This document shows, piece after piece, positions 25,934 to 35,396 of a stretch of 64,000 bases of DNA. The stretch spans positions 11,745 to 75,744 of the forward strand of contig CAUAFL010000006.1 of NCBI GenBank assembly GCA_958428295.1. The letters are read 5' to 3'. The stretch's first letter is position 1. The number at the start of each line of letters is the position of its first letter. The translations under genes and the position numbers were made by a program. Under the pieces are notes generated by a model, which searched no databases, had not been told where the DNA came from, and was given only the letters and a program-made list of their open reading frames with translations. This DNA comes from an uncultured Bacillota bacterium. GTDB taxonomy: Bacteria > Bacillota_I > Bacilli_A > RF39 > UBA660.

Positions 25934-28564
25934 TTACTTTTTCATCCCTGACTTGATTGCTGCTGCCGCTGCTGCTAAACGCGCTACTGGAACTCTAAAA
26001 GGACTGCAAGAAACATAAGTTAAACCAATATTATGACAGAATTCAATGGTAGCTGGATCTCCACCATGTTCTCCACAAATACCAAGTTTTATCTCAGGCC
26101 GCGTTTTTTTACCAAGTTCAACAGCTGTCTTCATCAACTGTCCAACGCCCTCTTGATCAAGTGTAGCAAAAGGATCTTGCTCGAAAATCTTTCGATCATA
26201 ATAATCCTTTAAGAACTTAGCAGCATCATCCCGAGAAAAACCATAAGTCATTTGCGTCAAATCATTGGTTCCAAAAGAGAAAAACTCAGCTTCAGAAGCA
26301 ATGGCGTCAGCTGTTAGGGCAGCTCTTGGAATTTCAATCATCGTGCCTACTTTATAGGTCAAATCACTACCTGCTTCAGCAAGCAGTGTATCAGCTGTTT
26401 CAACGACAATCTTCTTAACAAAAGCTAACTCCTTCTTATCTCCAACTAAAGGAATCATAATTTCCGGTGTTACCTCGATTCCCTCTTTCTTCACCTGTAA
26501 AGCAGCCTCAATTACTGCTCTTGTTTGCATTTTGGCAATTTCAGGATAGGTAACTGCTAAACGACAACCACGATGTCCCATCATCGGATTAAACTCTTTT
26601 AAAGACTCTATTTGATTTTTTAAAGCTGCAAAAGAAATTCCTAAACTCTCCGCTAAAGGTCGAATTTCCTCATCCGTATGTGGTAAAAATTCATGAAGTG
26701 GTGGATCAAGAAACCGAATTGTTACACCGTAGCCCTTCATTGCTCTAAATAAAGCTGCAAAATCATCACGTTGATAAGGAAGAATTTTTTCTAGTGCTTC
26801 TTCCCTCGCCTCTAAAGTTGTAGCAGTAATCATTTTTCGAAAATGAAAGATTCGCTCACTATCAAAGAACATATGCTCTGTCCGGCATAGACCAATCCCT
26901 TCTGCTCCAAAAGAACGAGCCATCAAAGCATCTTTAGGATTATCAGCATTACACCGTACTTTTAAAGTACGAACCGCATCTGCCCACTCCATAAAGGTCT
27001 CAAAGTTACCACTAATCTCTGGTGCTACCGTAGCAATTTTTTCACCATAGACATTACCCGTCGTACCATCTAAGCTCATATAGTCACCTTCATGAAAAAC
27101 TTTTCCATCTTTTGTCATCAATGTCTTATGTTCCTCATCAATCACTAACTCTCCACAACCAGAAACACAACAAGTTCCCATGCCACGTGCTACAACAGCT
27201 GCATGAGAGGTCATTCCTCCACGAACGGTTAAAATACCATGGGCTAAATTCATTCCTTCAATATCTTCTGGAGAAGTTTCTAGACGAACAAGTAAAATAT
27301 CAGTTTCTCCTTCTTCATGAGCTCGCATTACATCAGAAGCCGTAAAATAAATTTTACCCGTTGCGGCACCTGGAGAAGCAGCAAGACCCGTCGCTACCAC
27401 TTTGGCCTCTTTTAAGGCTTTAGCATCAAAATTAGGATGAAGCAATTGATCTAGTTGAGTAGGTTCTACTTTTAATAGAGCCTCCTCTTTCGTCAACATT
27501 CCTTCCGCAACTAAATCAACAGCAATCTGTAACGCTGCTTGAGCAGTTCGTTTCCCATTACGAGTTTGTAGCATAAACAAATGTCCATCCTCAATAGTAA
27601 ACTCCATATCCTGCATATCTTTATAATGATTTTCAAGTATTTTGCAAATGCTAGTAAACTCCTCATAACACTCAGGCATTACTTCTTTTAGCGTATCAAT
27701 CGACTGTGGCGTACGAATGCCAGCAACAACATCTTCGCCTTGAGCATTCATTAAATACTCTCCATACAGTTTCTTTTCACCAGTGGAAGGATTTCTAGTA
27801 AAGGCTACCCCTGTACCACTAGTATCCCCACGATTACCATAAACCATTTCCTGTACATTAACCGCCGTACCCCAACTAGAAGGTATATTATTCAAACGGC
27901 GATAAGTAATTGCTCGATCATTGTTCCAACTTCTAAATACCGCTTTTACCGCTTCTAAAAGTTGAACTTTAGGATCCTGAGGAAACGCCTGCCCAGCATG
28001 CTTTTGATATTCTTCTTTATAAATGTCAACAACTTCCATTAAATCTTCAGCCGTTAATTCTGTATCATAAGTAACCCCTTTTTGATCTTTAATTTTATCA
28101 AACAAACGCTCAAAAGAACTTTTAGGAAATCCCATGACAACATCCGCAAACATTTGAATAAACCGGCGATAGCTATCATAAACAAAGCGCGGATTATTAG
28201 TAACTTTACTAAATCCTCTTGCTACTTCATCATTCATTCCTAAATTAAGAACTGTATCCATCATTCCTGGCATAGAAGCTCGAGCACCACTACGCACCGA
28301 TACTAATAAAGGATTAGTAGCATCTCCCATCACCTTTCCTGACGTTTCCTCCAAAGTCTTTAATTGCTCAAAGATCTCAGTTTCCACCTCTTTAGCTAAT
28401 GTCTCTTGATCATCATAATATTTTAAGCAAGCCTCCGTGGTCACTGTAAAACCTCTTGGAACAGGCAATCCAAGTCCTGTCATTTCAGCTAGATTAGCCC
28501 CTTTTCCACCAAGTAAGTTACGCATGTCTTTATTACCTTCTTTAAAGGCATAAACATATTTCAT
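25934..28564 (-). CDS. ppdK: Pyruvate, phosphate dikinase
   Basis: MKYVYAFKEGNKDMRNLLGGKGANLAEM, GGMTSHAAVVARG, CGEHGGDP. The start is set at the internal ATG after the AAGGAAG SD; the track extends to 28660. Confidence 0.9.
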   Translation of the reverse strand: MKYVYAFKEGNKDMRNLLGGKGANLAEMTGLGLPVPRGFTVTTEACLKYYDDQETLAKEVETEIFEQLKTLEETSGKVMGDATNPLLVSVRSGARASMPGMMDTVLNLGMNDEVARGFSKVTNNPRFVYDSYRRFIQMFADVVMGFPKSSFERLFDKIKDQKGVTYDTELTAEDLMEVVDIYKEEYQKHAGQAFPQDPKVQLLEAVKAVFRSWNNDRAITYRRLNNIPSSWGTAVNVQEMVYGNRGDTSGTGVAFTRNPSTGEKKLYGEYLMNAQGEDVVAGIRTPQSIDTLKEVMPECYEEFTSICKILENHYKDMQDMEFTIEDGHLFMLQTRNGKRTAQAALQIAVDLVAEGMLTKEEALLKVEPTQLDQLLHPNFDAKALKEAKVVATGLAASPGAATGKIYFTASDVMRAHEEGETDILLVRLETSPEDIEGMNLAHGILTVRGGMTSHAAVVARGMGTCCVSGCGELVIDEEHKTLMTKDGKVFHEGDYMSLDGTTGNVYGEKIATVAPEISGNFETFMEWADAVRTLKVRCNADNPKDALMARSFGAEGIGLCRTEHMFFDSERIFHFRKMITATTLEAREEALEKILPYQRDDFAALFRAMKGYGVTIRFLDPPLHEFLPHTDEEIRPLAESLGISFAALKNQIESLKEFNPMMGHRGCRLAVTYPEIAKMQTRAVIEAALQVKKEGIEVTPEIMIPLVGDKKELAFVKKIVVETADTLLAEAGSDLTYKVGTMIEIPRAALTADAIASEAEFFSFGTNDLTQMTYGFSRDDAAKFLKDYYDRKIFEQDPFATLDQEGVGQLMKTAVELGKKTRPEIKLGICGEHGGDPATIEFCHNIGLTYVSCSPFRVPVARLAAAAAAIKSGMKK

Positions 28565-28656
28565 ATTTTTTCTTCCTTTCTTACTTATCCTAAGTTCAGT
28601 ATAACAAAGCTTATGAGGAATAGAAAGAGAAAATTTAATTTTTCTCTTCGACAAAA

Positions 28657-28845
28657 TCACTCACAATAATGATGTACCTTATGTCGCTTATGCGTAATTG
28701 CCTCTTCTTCAAAATCACTCTCACACTCTGGAAATCCCAAATCTCGATATTTTTCCCTATCAAGATATCTTTGTTGTGTTAAACAACTAGAAAATGTCAC
28801 ATATGTCGACTGCGAATGAAAGCGGTTAATCCGTTTCAATTTCAT
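28657..28845 (-). CDS. Possible small basic protein (62 aa)
   Basis: ATG preceded by GGAAGAAGGAAG. MKLKRINRFHSQS...HKRHKVHHYCE. No homology that I can name. Confidence 0.25.
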   Translation of the reverse strand: MKLKRINRFHSQSTYVTFSSCLTQQRYLDREKYRDLGFPECESDFEEEAITHKRHKVHHYCE

Positions 28846-29216
28846 CTTCCTTCTTCCACTTCTGTTTAAATGTTTTTTCTCCACAGTATTCTATCCTTTC
28901 TTAATTTTAGGCTATACTGCTCACCTAAGGAACAATCATCGACAAATTATCCCACTGGACTCATTTTATCAAACAAAAAATTACTTCACCAACTAAAAAC
29001 AAGCAAATTTAATGTAATTGACAATTATAAAACTTTAGCCACAAGAAAAAACATCAATCATTATATGCTATTAAAACATATTTGATAGTTTTTAACTTGA
29101 CACTAGAAAAAGTAAACAACGCAAACATAGTCTTATTTAAAAAGAGCGGACAAAATACTAGAAAATACTTGCCAAACTGACTCGTTATCTGTTAAAATAA
29201 ATTTGCAATATGAAAT

Positions 29217-29293
29217 GGCGGTATTGGTGAAGGGGTTAACACGCTGGTTTGTGGCACCAGTACGCAAGGGTTCGAGTCCCTTATACCGCCCCA
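29217..29293 (+). tRNA. tRNA-His (anticodon GTG) with encoded G-1 and CCA
   Basis: Manual fold. G-1, then acceptor GCGGTAT/ATACCGC. D-arm GGTGAAGGGGTTAACAC, as in Firmicute tRNA-His. Anticodon stem CTGGT/ACCAG with loop TTGTGGC. T-arm AAGGG-TTCGAGT-CCCTT. C73 then CCA. Confidence 0.85.
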
Positions 29294-29374
29294 AAAGGAT
29301 TTTGTCGAACTATAAAAATGTAGTTCGTTTTTGTTTTTATATCGCATTATGATATAATAATACTGGTGATTTAA

Positions 29375-30292
29375 ATGGAAAAAAATGAAATCGATTTTTA
29401 CTTATACAACATATTAAAAAAACAATTGCAAAAATTCAGAGTTTCAAGCTATGGATTATATTCAACACTAAAAAACGTTAATAAACAATTGAATAGTATT
29501 ATAAAACATTGGAATGATAAAGAATTTCTCGATATAATATTTTTAACAACGATGGAAGAAGGAAATTTCTATGAGCCAATGGTAAATAAGCATATAGGAA
29601 ATTTAATAGTATTAGGAGTTAGGAATAGCTTACTAGAAATAATAGCCAGTAATGATTATAAAAGTTTTGGCCTGAAAAAGAATATCAAGGATAGCGATAT
29701 TAAAGAAATTACCAGTACAGCAATTGAGTATTTTAAAAATATTGATTTAGAAAAATTATCTTCTAAAATTACTACTGAAGATGATTATTACTATGATACT
29801 ATTCAAAAATATAAGATTTCATATCAAGTGCTTTCCAAATTAAGTAAATGTTCAATTGATCAACTTGAAATAGAATTTCCTCCCATAAAATGCGAACCTT
29901 ATTTTATAAATGAAATATATTCATCTAATGATAAAGGTACTACTTTAAAAGTAAGAGAAGTAATGAGTGGCATTAGTGAAAAAATTGATCAAAGTCTTTT
30001 AAGCCTTTTAAAAGGAATATTAGAGGAAAAAGCAAGTTTTTTCTATGTTGATTCTTTTAAATATTTATCAAGAAACTTTGATAAAAATTTAAAAATTTTA
30101 GAATTTATTCTTACACATAATGGAATCTTTCTAACAAATAATTATTTTATAAGTAATGGATACGTATCAAGACGAAAGGAATTAATTAGAGCTAATCATG
30201 GAGATGATTTTAATTTTGAAGCAATCAATTCAATAGAAAATATTTCAGAAAAATACAAAGATGAGTTGAAAAAAAACTTTTTAGTTAGATAA
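29375..30292 (+). CDS. Hypothetical protein (305 aa), orphan gene in the AT-rich islet
   Basis: Long ORF in an AT-rich context. I see no recognisable motif. Confidence 0.55.
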   Translation: MEKNEIDFYLYNILKKQLQKFRVSSYGLYSTLKNVNKQLNSIIKHWNDKEFLDIIFLTTMEEGNFYEPMVNKHIGNLIVLGVRNSLLEIIASNDYKSFGLKKNIKDSDIKEITSTAIEYFKNIDLEKLSSKITTEDDYYYDTIQKYKISYQVLSKLSKCSIDQLEIEFPPIKCEPYFINEIYSSNDKGTTLKVREVMSGISEKIDQSLLSLLKGILEEKASFFYVDSFKYLSRNFDKNLKILEFILTHNGIFLTNNYFISNGYVSRRKELIRANHGDDFNFEAINSIENISEKYKDELKKNFLVR

Positions 30293-30475
30293 AAAGGTAC
30301 TATCACTAAGATAGCAATGAATTATTTATTTGATATATATCATCAAGAATTTAGTCCAGCTTTATTGAGTGACAATGGTTCCAATCAAAATATAAAGAAA
30401 AGTTACCTATAAATTTAATAATTTAAGATTGTTTGAGAGTTAAGAAAAATATAGTATAATGAAAAGAATTTTAAA

Positions 30476-31055
30476 ATGAGCAATAAAATAAATTATCCAA
30501 TTAAATATGCAGTATTAGAATTAAAAAAAGAAGGCGATTGGTCTCTCGGGTACGAAAATATTACGTAAGGCTTTATCGTTTCAAAATGTTACGTAGTGGA
30601 AAGTAATATCGTATATCATTCTGATGGAAGCAATAAAATAACCCATAAAGTGTCTTCCCTTTTAAAAATATCTCTTCTTTGCAAGAGTCATTTATGACTA
30701 GTAGGAAAATATTGGCGAAGAAAATATACCTTTTTATGATGCTTGCAATAGGTCATATCCAGTTAATGCAATTACAAATTTATTTGATTCATATAAAGAG
30801 GCTAAAATAGTAGCAGAAAAACAAAATGAAAAATTCAAACATAAATTAATAACAGAAGTATCTGTATTAAACCCAAATTGGGAGGAACAACTTGAAATAT
30901 TAAAACAAGAATTTGAACAAAAATTAGAATTATGTTATTTATTTGAACAATTAATATTAGAAAAAACAAAAAATACGGATATAAGTGAGCCATTAACCAC
31001 TGAGAAACAAGAGTCTTTTGTTAGAATTTTAAGACCGGTAAGAAAACAAGGATAA
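30476..31055 (+). pseudogene. Disrupted gene of unknown function (in-frame TAA plus at least one frameshift)
   Basis: ATG at 30476 gives MSNKINYPIKYAVLELKKEGDWSLGYENIT, then TAA (30566-30568), then GFIVSKCYVVESNIVYHSDGS... The C-terminal part ...NIPFYDACNRSYPVNAITNLFDSYKEAKIVAEKQNE...VRKQG continues in another frame to 31055. Confidence 0.6.
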
Positions 31056-31086
31056 GCACCTAAATAGTAATTAACAAATAAAAATA

Positions 31087-31113
31087 ATCGGTAGAACGCT
31101 ACTACCGATTTTT
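31087..31113 (+). terminator. Intrinsic terminator
   Basis: ATCGGTAG-N7-CTACCGAT followed by TTTTT. Confidence 0.6.
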
Positions 31114-31203
31114 AAATTTTATGAAAGATAATCCAAAAACTAGTATTTCAAGAGATATTAGAAGAATAAATTATATTGATTGGTAAAGAAAAGTATATTT
31201 ATA

Positions 31204-31662
31204 TCAGTTCAATAACCATATTCCTATTGTTAGATAAGTGGCAAATAAAATCCACAGTAAATAAGGTAATAATAAATAAGCTGCTAGTTTATCTTTTTGG
31301 TAAAATGCTTTTATTAATTTTATAACCAAAAAAACTAATAATAAAATCCATAAAACAGCTATCAACCGAAATTTAAAAACAAAAAAGATAATTGACCATA
31401 GTAAATTTACCAATAACTGACCATAATAAAGTTTGATTGTCCCCTCCTCTTGTTGTTTAGTCTTCTTCTGAAATAAATAAAAAGCAAGACCCATTAATAA
31501 GTACAGAATCGTCCAGGCAATAGGAAAAACAATTTTAGGTGGTGCCAAAAGCGGTAAATTTAAAGAACCATAATCCATAGAAAAAGAAATTAAAAAACCA
31601 ACGATCCCTCCTGCTATTACCGGAAAAAATAATTGAAAAATAGACCGAAAAATAGTATTCAT
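31204..31662 (-). CDS. tspO: TspO/MBR family tryptophan-rich sensory protein
   Basis: Five TM helices. PPKIVFPIAWTILYLLMGLAFYL and LLVNLLWSIIFF signatures. ATG at 31662 follows the AAAGGAAG SD. Confidence 0.7.
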   Translation of the reverse strand: MNTIFRSIFQLFFPVIAGGIVGFLISFSMDYGSLNLPLLAPPKIVFPIAWTILYLLMGLAFYLFQKKTKQQEEGTIKLYYGQLLVNLLWSIIFFVFKFRLIAVLWILLLVFLVIKLIKAFYQKDKLAAYLLLPYLLWILFATYLTIGIWLLN

Positions 31663-31796
31663 GATCAACACTTCCTTTCTAATGATCAATATTAGTATAT
31701 GAATATAATTTCAAGATTATTGTAGAAATATTTTTGCAAAAAATAGAATAATTGTCTCCATAGTGGATAACATAATAAAAGAGAAAAGTTAATTTT

Positions 31797-31823
31797 TTAG
31801 CATTCTCTATTGACAAGTGCTAA
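31797..31823. promoter_or_regulatory. CIRCE-like inverted repeat (HrcA operator)
   Basis: TTAGCATTC-N9-AAGTGCTAA versus consensus TTAGCACTC-N9-GAGTGCTAA (16/18 match). Confidence 0.6.
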
Positions 31824-31838
31824 AGGTCGTGTTATAAC
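31810..31838 (+). promoter_or_regulatory. Sigma-A-type promoter of hsp20, overlapping CIRCE
   Basis: TTGACA (31810-31815), 17 nt, TATAAC (31833-31838), with TGT as an extended -10. Confidence 0.55.
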
Positions 31839-31855
31839 ATAGTTGGAAAGGAAAG

Positions 31856-32254
31856 GTGATGAATAATATGTTACCAAGAAGATTTTATTTTGATAACGCA
31901 ATTGATCAATTCTTCGAAAGTGAGGAAAGTAAAATGAAGTGTGATATTTATGAAAAAGACAATATCTATCATGTTGAAATGGATGTACCAGGCTTTACTA
32001 AAGACGAAATTAAAGTAGAATGCAATAAAGGAAATCTTGTCATCATAGCTGAAAAAGAACAACATAATGAGGCTAACGATGAGGATAAAAAATATCTTCG
32101 TCGCGAAAGAATTTTTAGTAAGTATTCACGTAGCTTCTACCTAGGAGATATTAACGAAGAGGAAATTGAAGCAGAATATAATGATGGTACGCTTCATATT
32201 ACCATTCCAAAAATTGATGAAGAAAAAAACAAAAAATATATTGATATAAAATAA
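31856..32254 (+). CDS. Hsp20/alpha-crystallin small heat-shock protein
   Basis: YHVEMDVPGFTKDEIKVE...SFYLGD...AEYNDGTLHITIPK. The start could be GTG 31856 or ATG 31859. Confidence 0.85.
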   Translation: MMNNMLPRRFYFDNAIDQFFESEESKMKCDIYEKDNIYHVEMDVPGFTKDEIKVECNKGNLVIIAEKEQHNEANDEDKKYLRRERIFSKYSRSFYLGDINEEEIEAEYNDGTLHITIPKIDEEKNKKYIDIK

Positions 32255-32276
32255 AAAACCTTCACCGGTTTTTTAT
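32253..32276. terminator. Bidirectional terminator
   Basis: AAAACC-ttcacc-GGTTTT, flanked by A and T runs. Confidence 0.5.
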
Positions 32277-32686
32277 TTTTGCTTATCATACCAAAATAAT
32301 ATAAAAGTATTAAGAATAACACCAAGCATCACAATCGATAAAATAATAAAATTTGTTTTAAAATATTCCATATTAACTGTATACAAACTACTTATCTGCA
32401 ACCGACTATCAAAAAAGAAACGACCAACAATCACACCTAAATAACAGGCAAGAGCAATAATAATTAAATTATAACTGATACTCTCTTGAAGTATTCTACG
32501 TTGAGTTAATAAACTCCATAAAATAATCAGCAAAAAAAGGCACGTCATAATAAGAAAAATAATTCCTGCCCAGTGACTTTTAAAAACTAAAGGTAATAAG
32601 AAAAAAATCATAATAATATAGAAACCCACGCTAATACTACGAAGATAATAAAGAATCTTTCTAAGCATAACCATAACCCCGATCAA
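32273..32686 (-). CDS. Four-TM membrane protein (137 aa)
   Basis: Hydrophobic profile. Its start overlaps the 3' end of the AAA+ gene by 26 nt. Confidence 0.5.
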   Translation of the reverse strand: MIGVMVMLRKILYYLRSISVGFYIIMIFFLLPLVFKSHWAGIIFLIMTCLFLLIILWSLLTQRRILQESISYNLIIIALACYLGVIVGRFFFDSRLQISSLYTVNMEYFKTNFIILSIVMLGVILNTFILFWYDKQK

Positions 32687-33593
32687 GGCCCTCTTCTATC
32701 TCTGTTTTAAAAATTTCCTTAAAACGGACCATTTCCTTTTTTATAACATCAGGATAAACATTTTTCGTATTTAAAATAGCTTTTTCAATATCAAAAATTG
32801 TCACTTGTTGCCGATTATCATAAATAGCAAAAGAAAAAGCTTGTTGTAACATAGTAAGAGCAATATCTGGATAACGTGAACCAATTTCATAAATACGACG
32901 ATATTCGCTCGTTAATTCTGTTAAAAATGCCATAATTTTTTGTTGTACATAAGGATCATACAATAACTTAGCACCTGTTTTCTTTTCAATCTTAGGCAGC
33001 GTTCCCATACAAATAGCAATCGTTTCTTCTTTTGTTGGTTCAGGAACATCAACCTTTTGAAATCGTCTTACAAACGCCTTATCACGCAAAATATAACGTT
33101 CATACTCATCACTAGTCGTCGCTCCTATTACCTTAATATCTCCACGATCTAACCCAGGCTTAAACATATTAGCAAAATCGAGAGCTTCGCCTTTACTACC
33201 CATTAAAGTATGAATTTCATCAATAAATAAAATTAAATTATGATATTGTTTTAATTCATCTAATAAAATTTGGATTTTGCTTTCTCCCGTATCTGGATCA
33301 ACACCTAACAAAGCAGAAGTATTAACCTTTACAATTTCATAACTTTTAAGAGCATCAGGAACATTTCCTAATTGAATACGATAAGCCAAACCTTCTACTA
33401 ACGCTGTTTTACCAACCCCAGGTTTTCCTACTAAAATAGCAGATTTTTCTGGCGTTAACAAAATTAACACTAGTTGCTTAATCTCCTCCTCACGTCCGAT
33501 GGCAGGATTAGTAATGAATTCTTTTTTTGTAAAATTATCGCCATAGCTTTTTAAAATACTGACATGACTTTTCCGTATGAGCTCATCATTCAT
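32661..33593 (-). CDS. Stand-alone AAA+ ATPase resembling the first nucleotide-binding domain of ClpA/B/C
   Basis: GREEEIKQLVLILL...VGKPGVGKTALVEGLA, LFIDEIHTLMG, IGATTSDEY, RRFQKVDVPEP. There is no N-domain and no second NBD. Confidence 0.7.
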   Translation of the reverse strand: MNDELIRKSHVSILKSYGDNFTKKEFITNPAIGREEEIKQLVLILLTPEKSAILVGKPGVGKTALVEGLAYRIQLGNVPDALKSYEIVKVNTSALLGVDPDTGESKIQILLDELKQYHNLILFIDEIHTLMGSKGEALDFANMFKPGLDRGDIKVIGATTSDEYERYILRDKAFVRRFQKVDVPEPTKEETIAICMGTLPKIEKKTGAKLLYDPYVQQKIMAFLTELTSEYRRIYEIGSRYPDIALTMLQQAFSFAIYDNRQQVTIFDIEKAILNTKNVYPDVIKKEMVRFKEIFKTEIEEGLDRGYGYA

Positions 33594-33648
33594 AGGAAAA
33601 CCTCCTTATTCCTACCTAGTATATCATAAAAAAAACAAATAGAAAACC

Positions 33649-34080
33649 TTAAAGTACGGTTATTTCATATCCCAAATCAGTCAAAAAATTCAGGTCTTTT
33701 TCTTTTACTAAGATAGTCACCTCTAATAAGGAAACACCGACTCTTTCTGCTTTTTCTATGACATCATAAAAACCAAATTTTCTTAAAAATAACTGATATT
33801 CTTCTTCTAAACGTTTAATTTCTGTAACCGAAATAGCAGCTAAACTTTTCTCAATTATTTCATCCGTATAAGGAAGAGTATTTTGAATTTTGCCACCTTG
33901 TAATTGGAACTTAATATTTGCTAATCTTTGTGGCAAATTTCTAGTAGTAACAGTTTCCTTTAAAAATTTAATAGTAGCAAGTACTTCACTTTCTCTCTTG
34001 AATTGTCTTTTTCCATTAACAGGCACTACTAAAGAAAAAACAAGTATAAAAGAACTAAGAAACAGAACAATTTTTTTCAT
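33649..34080 (-). CDS. Secreted hypothetical protein
   Basis: MKKIVLFLSSFILVFSLVVPVNG signal-like N-terminus after the GAGGTG SD. The track start at 34164 is less likely. Confidence 0.45.
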   Translation of the reverse strand: MKKIVLFLSSFILVFSLVVPVNGKRQFKRESEVLATIKFLKETVTTRNLPQRLANIKFQLQGGKIQNTLPYTDEIIEKSLAAISVTEIKRLEEEYQLFLRKFGFYDVIEKAERVGVSLLEVTILVKEKDLNFLTDLGYEITVL

Positions 34081-34208
34081 TTTTCGACACCTCATTTTTA
34101 ACATGGTTGAAATAATGAAAAATATGCCTATAATTTTTGATTTAAAAAAATTTATAAAAACCACTTTGAAAGTCTTAAAAAGAATACTTTTTATATAAAT
34201 AATCCTAA

Positions 34209-34616
34209 TTATCTATTTTTGATTTTCATAACCGCCTGTGTTAAATCAAGCATATACTGTCTTTGCTGTTTCTTTAAATAAAGTTTAGCAAAAGGGCGCA
34301 TCCATGCATGAGTCACCGTTATTTCCTCTGTAAAATCAAGCTGAACAGCACCATCTGATAACTCTTCAAAATACCCTTTCCACTGGCCAGTCATATGACT
34401 ATTCTGTAACTGAAAGCGATATACCTGACAAAATGTTTTCTCGATTATTTCAAAATATGTCGCAAATTCTTTGTTTGTATATTCAATAAAGTGCTTATCA
34501 TTGATAACTTCGATTCTTTTTATATCACTACGCCATGACCAATCCGTAAGATCGGTAACCATGTTCCATAAAGTTTCTTTATCACAATCAAATGTTTTTT
34601 TAATATTAGCAATCAT
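34209..34616 (-). CDS. SRPBCC-superfamily protein
   Basis: 135 aa. The size and the pattern (LWNMVTDLTDWSWRSD...) are typical of the family. Confidence 0.4.
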   Translation of the reverse strand: MIANIKKTFDCDKETLWNMVTDLTDWSWRSDIKRIEVINDKHFIEYTNKEFATYFEIIEKTFCQVYRFQLQNSHMTGQWKGYFEELSDGAVQLDFTEEITVTHAWMRPFAKLYLKKQQRQYMLDLTQAVMKIKNR

Positions 34617-34642
34617 TTTAACTCCTAACCTTGATTACAAAT

Positions 34643-35317
34643 TTAATTTTTTTCAGCTTTATTTTTTATTTTACTATATTTTTTCAAAAATTTTTCAGCT
34701 TTATTAACCACTGATTGGCGGCTACTATGACAACATTCCTTTATAAAACTCATCATTTCCACCTGATAATTTGAATTAGAATAAAGTCTCGTAAAACAAT
34801 CAATAATATGACTTTTAGCAACTTCTAAGCAAGCGCTTGAAGGTCGACCGTGATTTAAAAAAGTATGACTAGAAACGGCTAGTAATTGTGGAACAATAAT
34901 ATCCTCTTCCTCTTGATAAACCGATAAAATCTGAGGAACACCTTTCACAACATTACTGAATGCAACAACCTCTTGGCTCGTTAAAAAAGAAAGAAACTGC
35001 TCTCTTACCGCTAACCATTTTTTATCTTGATCAACACCTAACAAATTAGGTATTGTCATTAAAAAGCCCCACTGTAAAAAATGATTATCACTATTAAGCA
35101 GCGCCACCATTCGATCAAAATAAGGATATACTAACGTTGGTGTTTTTTTACTTAAAAAACGTATTACCTTTTCCGCCTGATAATGAATAGGTGTTGTATT
35201 CTGCTCACAAATACTAAAAAGTTCCTCAATTAACAGGGGATTTTGAGAAAGTTCCGCAATATAATGTTCAGGCTCCTTCTTTTCTATTAATGCTTGTACT
35301 AACTTTTCTTTTGTCAT
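34643..35317 (-). CDS. Hypothetical all-alpha (HEAT-like) protein
   Basis: ORF only. A possible AlkD-like fold is a guess. Confidence 0.3.
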   Translation of the reverse strand: MTKEKLVQALIEKKEPEHYIAELSQNPLLIEELFSICEQNTTPIHYQAEKVIRFLSKKTPTLVYPYFDRMVALLNSDNHFLQWGFLMTIPNLLGVDQDKKWLAVREQFLSFLTSQEVVAFSNVVKGVPQILSVYQEEEDIIVPQLLAVSSHTFLNHGRPSSACLEVAKSHIIDCFTRLYSNSNYQVEMMSFIKECCHSSRQSVVNKAEKFLKKYSKIKNKAEKN

Positions 35318-35396
35318 AAATACCCTCCTATATTAACTATACCACAGACGAATAATGTTTCTTATAATTTTAAGAATTTTTTAACTAATTTAACGC

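Noticed and set aside
28657-28884. The long 75-aa version of the small ORF (GTG start) and the 908-aa version of PpdK (start at 28660)
   Set aside because: Both extended starts lack an SD. Internal ATGs with strong SDs (28845 and 28564) fit better, and the PpdK N-terminus then matches the family consensus.
29294-31200. Direct repeat of the tRNA-His 3' end (attR) and an integrase marking an intact island
   Set aside because: I could not find a copy of GGTTCGAGTCCCTTATACCGCC or a substantial part of it in the islet or at its far edge. No recombinase ORF exists here.
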